The notes under the pieces: generated by a model | Databases searched by the model: none | Told to the model about the DNA's origin: nothing | What the model saw: the letters and a program-made list of their open reading frames with translations, nothing else | Position numbers and translations under genes: made by a program | In this document: piece after piece, positions 10,838 to 21,979 of the stretch | Layout: the number at the start of each line of letters is the position of its first letter | How positions within the stretch are numbered: position 1 is the stretch's first letter | Source of the DNA: Veleropilina oligotropha | Lineage: Eukaryota | Direction of reading: 5' to 3' | Assembly (NCBI GenBank): GCA_048128005.1 | Contig: JBEUKZ010000011.1 | Span: 124,001 to 150,523 of the forward strand | Length of the DNA: 26,523 nt

Positions 10838-13714
10838 TAGTCAGGGCCCTTAGGGATATTTTGGGGCCATTTGGTTCAAATTCTTCCAAAAGCACCAAAT
10901 TTTGCCCAGATGTTGCCCATGCCATACTCTTTCGATTTTTGACGGGCGCCAAGGCGGGCGCCCCCCCCAGGGCCGCCATATTGACGAAATACAAAATGGC
11001 CGCCACCCGGATTAGAGGAAAATCAGTTAAATAACAAAAACGGTTGGAACCATGTATGATACCACTTTTCAGGAGTTTTCGAGGTCATGGAATCCAATTC
11101 TGATTTTGTTTTTAAGATTTGAAGTCAAGGTCAACCCATCTAGGTTATCTCAAAGGTCATTTTTGGGTCAAACATGTCGGATTTTGAGTTTTCTATTTCC
11201 TAATTTTCAGTCTAATTACAAATGTACGGATTTTAATGTTTTATGAACTGTATGACATATCCTTCAGGTTTCTCTCATATCTCTGTACCTTCTCAAACAG
11301 ACCGCCTAACCTGAGTATTGCAAGAGTGTAATGGGCCCACCAGAGTCATTCCATATGTGGAATCAACGTTCCCAAAGTGTTCCGCAGTTCAATTACTGGT
11401 CAACTATAATCGAGCTGGAGCTGCTAATGACTCGTTTTGTCAGATCCCTGAGGGAGGGGGACTTCTCACTGTATGTACAAGCATGTGACGAACTGTGTGG
11501 CTTGTTTCACGCCTTGGACCACACAAACTATGCGCGTTGGTTGCCAGTACACGTACGCGACATGGTAGAGCTAGGCAAGAAACACCCTGAAGTACATGCT
11601 GAATTCATGAAGGGCAATTTCGTTGTTCAGAAATCAGCTAAAAATTTCAGCCTGATGGCCAAGGACCAAGCCCATGAACAGTCCAACAAAAGCCTCCAGG
11701 TACATGGCGGAGCGACTGGTCTCTATGAGAACCCAGAGGCTCTTACACTTTACATGCTTGCTGGACCAGACTGTGTGCGGATGGTTAAGGAGTTCAAGGC
11801 TGCACAAGACGTTTCATCCCCATCTACTGCTCATCATGAGGAAGGACACTGTTTGCAAGTCCAGTTTCAGAAGGATATACTATCATTTGCTAAGGTAGTA
11901 GAGCAACTGGGCAACCCCTTCCTTGCAACACGCCAGGAGCTTGTTGCACTGGATACACAAAACGTCATGGATCAGACCGTCGCTACCTCTCTCTCTCTGA
12001 AATCTGTGAAGCTGGCAAAGTCATTCATGCAGCATATGTGTTAGAAAGGCTGTTAAAGGATTCAGTGCCTGTATCGGATACGATCAAACGGAACAATATG
12101 CTAACTTTTGACAATCGACCGGACTCAAAGAAAAAAAGCAGGAAGGACAGTGGTGTTTTGGTCATACAGCTTTTTCTCTCACTGCAGTCCCGCCCTGATG
12201 CTGACATGGCAGACTTCTTTAGGTTCGAAAATCAGAAAGAACCACCAAGCCTGGCTGATCGAGGGTCGCTGCGATTTGGGATGAAGTCTGATATTCTGTA
12301 ATGTATCAATGCACCGACTAGCCGTGCAGCTGCTGCGAAACCAGCAAGAGTCGTAGAGTTGGATATGGCAGCAGTGATTCACATGGTGCGCCCAACAATA
12401 GCAAAGACATTCAGTGAATATGTGTCACACTACACATGGTACTATTTCTGGAGGCCCAAATGAAGAGCGGAGCCCAACGCATCGTCGCTGTATGGGATAA
12501 TTACCCAGAGGAAAATAATCTCAAAGGGCTCACCCAGCAACGTCGTGGGAATGGCCCACGGACAAGAGTTGGCGATGGCAGCACCCTAATCCCAAAGCGT
12601 GAATGGAACAGTGGTTTCCTATAAAATGAGAAGAACAAAAGGGAGCTGTTCTCATTCATCAGCACACAGATCTCCAAGACTGACATGGGTGGAAAGCTCC
12701 TCCTGAGTACCCACTTCGAAACCGTGCTCTCCAACTGACATTGTGACATTACTACACTTCAGCCAAGCAACCATATCGAGGCCGACACCAGGATCCTCCT
12801 GCATCTGGCACATGCTGCAGACCAGGGATATATAATAGCCTATGTTCGCACAGTGGACAGTGATGTCGTGGTTTTGGCAGTCAGGTTTTTTTAGACCTTT
12901 GGCCTATCAGAGCTCTGGGTGGGCTTCGGAAATGGAAAAAAGTACCGTGACATTCCAGTCCATACTATCTGCTCCAATCTCGGTCCGTCAAAGTCCTTGG
13001 CACTACCCCTCTTCCACAGCCTAACTGGCTGTGACACGAATTCACAGATTCTTTGATGTGGTAAGAAGACAGCTTGGGCGGCCTAGACCAGCTTACCGGA
13101 CCTCACCGACACACTAGTGGCTTCACACAGGACCCTGACCGCTTCACAATCGAGTCCATACACATGCAGCAGATTGAAAGGTTTGTCATCGTAATGTACA
13201 GCAAGGGTTGTGGTGCAGCCAGTGTCAACGAAGCAAGGCATCCGCTCTTCACCACTGGAAAACATCCCACCTAACCAATCCGCGCTGTTTCAGCATGTGA
13301 AGCGAGCTCTCATCAAGGTCAGGGTTAGATTACACTACCTGGAGGCAGATAAAATGAGGTACTGCTTGTAAATCTTGACAAAAACACTAAAAATGACTAT
13401 TTTGACAAAAAAATGACCTTTAAGAAGACCTTGAGGGGTTGACCTTGACCTCAAATCATCAAAATAACATCAGAATTAGATTTTTCGACCTCGTAAACCC
13501 CTGAAAAATGGTATCATACCATGGTTCCAACCTTTTTGGTTATTTCCTCTAATCCGGGTGGCGGCCATTTTGTATTTCGTCAATATGGCGGCCCCGGGGG
13601 GCACCCGTCTTGGCGCCCGTCAAAAATCGAAAGAGTGTGGCATGGGCAATATCTGGGCCAAATTTGGTGCTTTTGGAAGAATTTGAACCAAAATATCCCT
13701 AAGGGCCCTGACTA
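10838..13714 (+). mobile_element. Academ superfamily DNA transposon (AcademX, XPG-nuclease type), internally deleted
   Basis: TIRs of about 310-335 bp starting TAGTCAGGGCCCTTAGGG and ending CCCTAAGGGCCCTGACTA; 3-bp TSD tta at 10835-10837 and 13715-13717; transposase remnant inside. Confidence 0.85.
11265..13314 (+). pseudogene. Decayed Academ transposase/XPG-like nuclease ORF
   Basis: Motifs HTNYARWLPVH, FSLMAKDQAHEQ, SDIL, LDMAAVIH, HIEADTRILLH (12772), VRTVDSDVVVL (12844), FHSLTGCDT (13012), IERFV, FQHVKRA. Multiple stops and frameshifts, e.g. the (ct)n run near 11990 and TAA at 12299 and 12622. Confidence 0.85.
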
Positions 13715-15844
13715 TTAAAGAAAGTGGAACAATTAGCCAGACTGTCAATAGCCATAGGAATCGAGCAGCGATGCATGCCAATGGAAATGCGCTAATTAGA
13801 CACGTGACGCTTATCGGCGATTTTACAGAATGGAAAATAAATAGGCCTACAAGTGCAATATGAGATAATTTATTAACAGCATATATCAGATACATATTTA
13901 TTAACATACATTTGTATGGTATTTACTAAACAATACATATCAATTAACTCCGATGGTACTTTTAATTTATTGTGATGCATCGTAAATTTACTATACAACT
14001 TTCCTATAATGTGGTCGGATACAATGCGGTCTCGATATTTTGGACCCCAAAGTTATATCGAGGCTGTCGTGTATAGATCAGCACTAAATTTATGGATATA
14101 TATTCATTATTAGTTAGCATTGAATGAAAGTAATACTGATATGGAGAGATCTCAGATTGCAAGAAACAATAGGACACTATTTGAGCAAATCAAACAGAAA
14201 CATTTCTATTTTCAATACTATTACATGTATTACAGGGCTTGAAGTCAGCATGGTTTTCATTAACCAGACAAAATTGAAGAATACCAGTCATTTTTAACAC
14301 ATGGTGGTCCAGTGGACCATTGATTTTAACAATACCCGCTTAAGGCCTCCACACACCAACGCAGCGCGTCTGCAGCGCAGTGCTGCGCAGCGCGTTTATT
14401 TTGTACTCACATTCTAGAAGCGCAAGGGCGCAGCATTAATGTAGACAAGCATCAAGATGATACCAGTAATTACTTAAAATACTTATTTTGAGCTATCTGA
14501 AGAACATTTGAATGCATGAGAAAAGCTATATATGGCTGATTTCACGGGAAAGGTGATTTTCCCATTTGGGTGCCTTAATGAGACTTCTGGGGGAACCTGG
14601 GCAATTATTGGTATAAAAACTACTTCCTGGGTCATAACCATTGCACGAGGAACCTTAAAACACTTTTTGAATCATGCATTTAACCCAATTTTTCACAAAA
14701 TAGCTAATTTTAACCAGTTTTTCACAATATTCTGAGTCCCAATCGTAAAATGTGTTGCACATGTACACCACCATGATCAAATGATGACTCATCCTGATTG
14801 AATCATTTCATGCATCTCATAATAATGAGAAAAGCCTATTTAATGGTGAAAACCGTTTGTTTCTATCGACGATATGAACGCTACAATCGTTGATTTAGTA
14901 AATAATGTGAATGTATGTTAAAGAAATTTTGGAAATGTCTTTTCCTGAACATTGGTGTATGGAACAAATACAATAGCTATAATAACATATGTGAATGTAG
15001 ATTTTAATACCTTGGGATATGTCTCAGCCAACCAAACCAAACAGTTTTGTACTAGTTCAGCATTAACACAGAATCAGCAGCATCAAGTTTGATACAAAAA
15101 ATGTATGTTAAAAAATGTCTTTTCCTGAACATTTACAAAAACATTCATAGATGTTAAATAAACAGGTTTCTGATATTCAAAATATGCACATGACTTGTAG
15201 ATCCAGTCCATGCCAAACACTTAGTGAGTTCATATTTTAATTATTTCATTTACATATATAGTAACCACCATTTAATACAATTACCAAAGGTTTAACAAAA
15301 TGTCTTTTCCTGAACAATTGTGTAACATACACTATTACCTGTTACAAATTTGATGTCCACTCTATAAACTAACCCATATGCTACTGGTAGTGATCATGTG
15401 TGATGCAAGGAGTGTTTCAGAACACACATGGACAATATTATTAATGACTAGCATGCTCAACAGGTAATATATATAGTTGGTCAATAACACAATTTTACCA
15501 ACACGAGTGTTTTACGCATCAAAAATATAGAATTGGCATGGCATGGTGGGCTATATTCAATAACAAAGATAGTTCCTCAAAGAAAATACTTGGATGTATA
15601 CTTACCTATATCTATGTGTAATGGCAAGCAATGATGAATATTGTGTTAATATTTGATCAGGAAAAGACATTTTGTTTAACAATCTACAACAGCTAAGGTA
15701 GTTATAGTTATTCGCTGCATGCTTTTCATTGTATTGTTGGGAAATTGCTGTCCAATCAATCTATAGATCTATACTCTACCTTCCTTCTTCTATTTGCAGA
15801 TCTTAGATGTATGTGCTTGGGTGTATGGTTAATCAGGGATGGGC

Positions 15845-17130
15845 CTGGGTTCTGAAAAAAATTCGCCACCACTTTCGCCACTTTCAATATTCTTTCGCCA
15901 CTTTTGAATTTTAGGAGCCACAGTATTAGCCGATTGATTGAGCAAATTTATAATATACAATAAAGTGAAAATAAATATTTATTTTATTTTTTATTACATC
16001 ATATTTTGCATATATACTTTAATGAGTGTATATTTTATTGTTTTATATTGTTTTACATTTAATCTGCTTGGATTAAAGTCATCATCCAGATGAATTAAAT
16101 AATCGAGTCTCAGTGCATTTAAACACAAGCATTCGCCACCGGCCGCTAACCCTGTATAGTATGAAAAAAATCGATATCTCCTTTACTATATAATACTAGT
16201 ATAGTCTGATTTTTTTCAGTCTATACATGTTTAGCGGCCAGTGGCGAATGCCTGTGATTTAAAGAAGCAAATATAAATGTGATTTTGGTGAAGTTCCCAT
16301 ATTGAAGTCATTGCCTAAGTATAATCTTATTTACTGTTATCCCCTTAAAAAAACAAGTAGTCCTTTAACAAATAATATAATTATTGTTCAAACATCACCC
16401 GTTTCGTTATGAAGTAATTACATTGAATTTATCCTGTCAATTAATCCTAATAAATGCGTGAATCAGTCATCAATACTTGCCGACAACAGACGCAATTACC
16501 GCACCGAACTTCCATTGTTTTGTCGCGACAATGTCATATTCATTGTCGGTGATAATTTCAATTCAATTTATTTTTCAATTCAACGTAAACATTACCATGC
16601 ACTGAATAAGCCTCTTAATTGACATGCATCATTAATTACTTGCTAACTAAAATTCATTCAGAAGTAGTCTGTATCAGTTTATTCAAAGGACTTGTACAAA
16701 TTTTAGGCAAACATGATTGACAAACTACGTCACGTGACCCGATAATGGTAGCCATGAACCGAAGCCGGCAAAAGACGTTGTTACAATGTTGCAAGACGTT
16801 GAAACAACGTCATTGACGTTGGTACGACGTTGTAACAACGTCATTGACGTTGGTACAACGTTGTAACAACGTCTTTCAACATCTTTTGCCCGCTGGGAGG
16901 TGTTTATACAGTAAATCACGGACTGATGCTTTTACATTTATTTAAAGAAAGACTAAATTATTCAGGCTTGGATATATTTAAAGAATCGAATGGACGTGTG
17001 TATTATAAACACAATGTAACTATTGATTAGCAGAAAATAACTTTCAATGTACCGGTAACTATCGGTTTGAGACGCAAAGAAATTGATAGGAAAATGGCGG
17101 CTTGTCAAAAGTGGCGAATAGAAACCACGT
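15845..17130. mobile_element. Probable nested TIR element marked by TTCGCCAC motifs
   Basis: Left ctgggttct...attcgccac with three TTCGCCAC copies; right gtggcgaatagaaaccacg; internal palindrome 16118-16263 uses the same motif. No TSD resolved. Confidence 0.45.
16759..16897. mobile_element. Small MITE made of acgttg/caacgt repeats with a CCCAGC-type end
   Basis: Left ccgaagccggcaaaagacgttg, right caacatcttttgcccgctggg; interior is an array of inverted gacgttg/caacgtc. Confidence 0.6.
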
Positions 17131-17587
17131 TTCGGCATTACACTCGTACGCAATACCTAATAATAATGTGATATTACTTGTGCAGAATAAAATTAAACGT
17201 GGTATTAAATTAGTTAATATCAAATATACGTTTTCAACGTTATCACCGGAAAGATAAAATTACGAACGGTGGGTATATTGTTTTAAATCGGCAGTTCACA
17301 GTCGCATATAGCCCGATAAATCTGCCCCTAATTACAAGCTCGAAATCCTGACGGTCGCGTGTATAGGGTCAGATGTCGCCGCTATTAAAAAAGCGTGGGT
17401 CTGTAACCCAAATCTGCGATATCGACACCTTAAACGTGTCATACGGCGAATCTTTCGATACCCACATATCAATAAACCATTTCACACTCACCTGACTTTA
17501 TTGTTGATAAATCCTAGTGATATAAGTCACATTATAAGCTTATATTGTTACTCGAACCGTGTTAATACTAATTCATTACCAAATTGA

Positions 17588-17660
17588 AAACATTCGCATC
17601 AACCAATCAAAGCGGGTTAACCAACCGGAAACCCGCTTTGATTGGTTGATGCGAATGTTT
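17588..17660. repeat. Perfect 31-bp inverted repeat with 11-nt spacer
   Basis: aaacattcgcatcaaccaatcaaagcgggtt-aaccaaccgga-aacccgctttgattggttgatgcgaatgttt. Confidence 0.95.
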
Positions 17661-19198
17661 ATGTGTGATAGGTGAAAACTATTGAGAACTGTGACAACTG
17701 ATATTTCAATATTTTGAATCAAGATCACATGATCAATGATATTATCAAAGTTTGATAAATATGTTAATCAGGGATGTTCTACTGGGTGACCTTGTATCCA
17801 ACAAGTGTTCATTTTAATAATAAATGTTATTGTTACAGTATTTTAAACCATGTACATAACGTTAAAGAAAATGTCTTTTCCTGAACGTAATATGTCTCTG
17901 TGGCATTGCGCACTATTTTGACCATACGAGTGAAATATATGAGGAAAGGTGTGTCTGTGATGGTTTATGTTTGATTGTCATTGCATTATGTGTCACATAA
18001 GCAGCTTTACCAAAGAATAATGGTGTTATATTTAAGATATATTTGGAATCGAACTATAATTAAGACCTACAGTTTGAATAAAAAATGATTATGTTGTCCG
18101 AGTTTGGGCAATATTGTTGATACAGTTGTTGTTTTCTGTTGTACTTGTCATCACACTAAGTAAATAGATGGTCAATGTAATTATAATTTATTTGATATTG
18201 AGATAAATGAAGCTATAATGAATGTTAAACAAATTGTCTTTTCCTGAACTGGTCCAAATTCAAAATTAGACATCCTCACTTTGTCGTGGGCACAGACCAC
18301 TTTAAAAACAAGATTAAGCCCCGATTTTTTTTGGAGTTATGCGTGAAGACCTGTTGTTTTACATATCACCAAAACTGTTTCAATCTGACAAACTTGAAAT
18401 TTCATCCCTGTGAGACATATTTGTCACCTTTCCCGTGAAATCAGCCATATATATACACATGCTTAAAATACATGCACACTTTGTCGAGTCTTACTCTGTT
18501 GATATTGCAGGGAACTTACATGTAGGCCTAAATGTTTTTATTCAATTATGGAAAAAACGTATTTAGTTGCTGACGGGTCATGAAAAATAAGTCCTTGTAC
18601 ATGTGTACACGTGTATATGAGAAGCAAACGGTGTCAATGGCGAGTCCATGTGGATATGTATACATTGCGAGCAGTGTTTCATATATCCAAAGAACAATTC
18701 GATGATACTCTTGCTCTTGTTGTGCGTACCATATAACATCATCAAAAGGGGATTTCATGGCACGTCGAGGCAGCAAGCAGCAAAAATCGCTTTTTTAGCG
18801 ATCCGAAAATATTGCTGCTCACGCACTGCGTTATTTAAGGTTGATCATCATAAAACAACATGAGCGACTGTTTGTGGTCTCACGCGCTGCGCTGTGCTGC
18901 TTACGTGCTGCGCTGTGTTGCTTACGTGCAGCGTTGGTGTGTGGAGGCCCTTACTTTTAATTGTTATCACACACATTAATTCATTGTAAAATAATAACAA
19001 TAGCCCATATAAAATATGTAGGCTATTGACCATTACTTTATGACCAGTAAATTTTAAATTTGACCAGTGTTTAAAATTCCTGGTGGTTTAAAATTTTTAT
19101 TTCTAGCCCTGTATTATTACTAATGTGTTTGGGTGAGAATACAGATGATAATTAACAAACTTTTGAGACTTGCAAAAAAACACACAATAAAAGCATAC

Positions 19199-19333
19199 CT
19201 CCTTTAATTTCTTCTGTACCCTTTTCCCATCGGACGACCGGCATTGGGATACCAGCCAACACACATTCTATAATCGCGTCCGTATTGATCCTAGGGGTTT
19301 GTTCCTTATCACCAGACTTAACATATATATTTT
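19199..19333 (-). CDS. NCAM/Fas2-like exon C: first half of Ig2 (KNIYVKSGDKEQTPRINTDAIIECVLAGIPMPVVRWEKGTEEIKG)
   Basis: Acceptor gtatttcag|AA (phase 1); donor GGAG|gtatgc (phase 1). I-set pattern C-x3-G-x-P-x-P-x-V-x-W. Confidence 0.9.
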
Positions 19334-19512
19334 CTGAAATACAAGTAATATTATTATATGTAATTAAAAACAGAGGAATTACAGAGGTATATGACCTTGA
19401 AAAATATTTCAAGGTCACAACCAGGGCACCTGTGTAAGAAATATAGAGACTGCATGCCGAAGGTCTGTCAAATGGACAGATGACAGGAAGGACAAACATT
19501 TCAAACACTATC

Positions 19513-20620
19513 AGCCGACTTCACCAATCAAGTTCAATTTCCATGCAGTTAAAAATCTTTTAGACTATGTCTATGTACATTAAAAATGCGTTTCGCTATA
19601 AAGCTAAGTCTACCAGAATTGTGTCTAGCTAGACTCATTTATCGGTGATTGTAGACTCTGTCTAAACATGCATACATTTCACCAACGTTGTCTATATCTT
19701 GAAGAGCCTAAATTTAGATAAACAAGAGCAAACACTCAAAATGGCTCACATGCATCAAATTGCGGATCAATCACTTATATTTGAAGAGTACTGTGTCCAC
19801 ATTCAGTAGATGACATTGATGTATACATAATAATATTATAAAGAATGCCTATGGTTGTATATAGAGCAAAAAGTGACAATTTTATAGGTAAAATATCAAC
19901 TTTGCTTTCAATATTACTACTCGAGGGGAAGATGAGAATAGTTTCAGAATAGTACCCCAGAGACTGCCTAGACACTCGGAGATTTGAAGGCATCCTGTTG
20001 GGCTATAACGAATATACATCTACAGATGTCCTCTCACGACTGCTCTACGACCGTCTATTGACGAAAACAAGACGATGCAATACTGACCACAAGCGAAAAC
20101 GCAACATTATAGAAATGGTCTTTGGTGTATTGAAAAGAAGTTTATCATGTATCAGTTTGACTTTTAGATTATAATGCCACCTGGGGAACTAGAAGGGCTG
20201 TGATCAAATCCCTATGCTTATCCCACAACATCAACTTTAAGAGACAACCAATGATCTCACTGCACCACTTGCTATACATTCAATTACATCATGTCACTCT
20301 ATTATAGTCACCAGGGAAACTGCATATTTCTTCAGGTAAAAGTTCTTTTTAAAACCTGTCTGTAAGCCATTGTCAGATCGGCAGATACTATTATTGCGTA
20401 ACCCTTCTCTTGGCCCAAATTCGACAAGTAGCATTTCGGTAATTCCATTGTTTTGCATACGGTACACGGACGAGGTCTAAATCCCATTGGACTATGTTTT
20501 ACTAGACCGTGTTTAAAAATTTGTAGACAAGGTTGGTGAAATGTAACTTGTGTTTAAATTTACACTAAGTTTAAGGGTTAGGCATATATCTAACATGGAC
20601 TTGGTTGGTGAAATCGGTTC
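19513..20620 (+). mobile_element. Old PIF/Harbinger element with transposase remnant
   Basis: Imperfect TIRs ccgacttcaccaatcaagttca / tggacttggttggtgaaatcgg; subterminal tagac/gtcta repeats; internal transposase-like fragment. Confidence 0.65.
19983..20174 (+). pseudogene. Harbinger (HARBI1-like DDE) transposase fragment
   Basis: Reads FEGILLGYNEY...RRCNTDHKRKRNIIEMVFGVLKRSLSCI, matching the family patterns LLGDxGY and YNxxHxxxRxxIExxFGxLKxRFxCL. Not in the ORF track. Confidence 0.75.
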
Positions 20621-20656
20621 CACGTGACTTTAGTACTGGGCATAAAAGTAAATAGA

Positions 20657-20843
20657 TGTATATTCCCAACCTTCAGGTTCAAACCAAGACACATAAAAAC
20701 CCGCCATCTTCGTGCGTTTATGGACAACTGTGACTGGTAATTGAACAAAGGCCAGTGCCCCAACCGAGGTTCAAACGCACTCCTGCTAGTCAGAGAAGTC
20801 AAGTCGGTGACTATAGACTCGGCATTTGAGACCACACGGCTCC
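20657..20843 (-). mobile_element. tRNA-derived SINE, copy 2 (internally deleted)
   Basis: Minus strand ggagccgtgtggtctc...gagtgcgtttgaacctcggtt...tcacagttgtcc...ttgaacctg...aatataca is colinear with 23761-24003. Confidence 0.65.
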
Positions 20844-21141
20844 AGAGTCGTCCCTTGGCAAATGATGGAGGCAATACAGAAGTGCTGTAATAAAACAGTG
20901 AAAATAAAGCTTTCAGTTATACATGATAGGCACCAACAATAAGGATCTAGACAAGTCTCAAACTACAGATAAATTGATTATAAATGCAGATGTATACAAT
21001 ATGCACCTGTTTAACATTAGCGTTATCAAAATGACACACATGCATGAAAAACAAAATTTTCATGACGTTAACGAAAGTTAGGAATTTTAAGTCTCATTTT
21101 GAAGATGCCGGTAACCATGCTAGCTCCTTAATATAACGTAC

Positions 21142-21281
21142 TATAAATGCTGACTTCAACGTCCTTGGTCTGCAGCGCTCCATTGATGGTGGCCTGACAG
21201 GTGTAGGTGCCCGAGTCTCCTTGCTGAATGCCATGGATATACAGCTTAATTGTGGAAGTGTCTGTTGTACGGATATACATT
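21142..21281 (-). CDS. NCAM/Fas2-like exon B: second half of Ig1 (MYIRTTDTSTIKLYIHGIQQGDSGTYTCQATINGALQTKDVEVSIY)
   Basis: Acceptor attttcag|A completes AG|A (Arg) with exon A; donor TATA|gtacgt (phase 1). DSGTYTC is the Ig F-strand motif. Confidence 0.9.
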
Positions 21282-21771
21282 CTGAAAATATAAAACAATG
21301 TGTGTCCTAAAGCTTTATTCGCATTTGATACAAGCAACACTAACCTTAGTAATAAATAATAATTCAGAGATTCATATCGAGCTGCATCCATATATGCTCG
21401 CGGATGCTGTTACAATTTATTATCCCAGGTTTTTATCGGCCTGTTCTAATCGTGAATCCATCTCCGCTCTTTTTGAGAGTAGTACAGTAAAGCTGTCACT
21501 AGCGAGCGCTACAACTAATAATTAATACACCAATACAACATTTCCAAAACTTATACAAATGCAGAAATAATCAATAGAGAAACAGATGCACACAATAACA
21601 AACGTTCGATTATTAAATAATTTCATGTTCCCAACGACTGGATGTTAATTTCATAATGATATTATTGTCCTCTTTTAATATATGTCATATTGGAACCTGT
21701 TCATATTTATTATTATAATTGTCGGAGAAAAGTATGAAATATCCAGTCAAATCCAGTCTATTCCTCCGTTA

Positions 21772-21946
21772 AGAAAATGTTGTTATTGGTTCCAAGTGAT
21801 GACATGATGTAAAATTGTTTACTTACTTTGGAACTAGTTTTGAACGGCAAACGAGATCACTACGTGATCAACACTGCTATATGTGCAGTCGAAATGTCGT
21901 AGCACGTTCATAACAAGTTCCCAAGTAAGTAAACAATTTTACATCA
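21772..21946. mobile_element. Short Penelope-like insertion with inverted pLTR arrangement and 13-bp TSD
   Basis: Direct repeat tattcctccgtta at 21759-21771 and 21947-21959. Arm tgatgtaaaattgtttacttactttggaac is inverted relative to gttcccaagtaagtaaacaattttacatca; the left arm has an extra tail of about 33 bp encoding MSSLGTNNNIF on the minus strand. Confidence 0.65.
21860..21902 (+). ncRNA. Degenerate minimal type I hammerhead-ribozyme-like motif (G3-C8 variant core)
   Basis: ctac-GTGATCA-a-c-actgc-tatatgt-gcagt-c-GAAA-tgtc-gtag: stem I ctac/gtag, stem II actgc/gcagt, near-palindromic stem III and GUC cleavage triplet. Confidence 0.45.
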
Positions 21947-21979
21947 TATTCCTCCGTTAGTTAAGGACTACTGATAATT

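Larger units (their letters stand above)
14534..18446. mobile_element. Non-autonomous TIR element inserted in a (TA)n site (possibly Sola-like)
   Basis: Perfect 23-bp TIR GGCTGATTTCACGGGAAAGGTGA / TCACCTTTCCCGTGAAATCAGCC with atat on both flanks. Internal motif tgtcttttcctgaac at 14936, 15116, 15301, 17872, 18235, inverted near 15658. The superfamily is a guess. Confidence 0.75.
14343..18950. mobile_element. Non-autonomous PIF/Harbinger-like element
   Basis: tta|aGGCCTCCACACACCAACGC ... GCGTTGGTGTGTGGAGGCCc|tta: 19-bp perfect TIR core, TTA TSD, subterminal gcagcgc repeats. Confidence 0.8.
14233..19111. mobile_element. Outer short TIR element (MITE, about 270 bp once inserts are removed); superfamily uncertain
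   Basis: ta|CAGGGCTTGAA ... TTCTAGCCCTG|ta (10/11 TIR match); accagt/gacca motifs recur in both arms. Confidence 0.55.

Noticed and set aside
13991..14076. Degenerate MITE (ctatac...gtatag) with slight similarity to about 2119-2135
   Set aside because: Too short and too diverged to define ends or family.
19392..19417. tgaccttgaaa/tttcaaggtca hairpin as a nuclear-receptor element or terminator
   Set aside because: More simply a fragment of a common repeat; the same tgaccttga motif occurs in the Academ TIRs, and there is no independent regulatory evidence.
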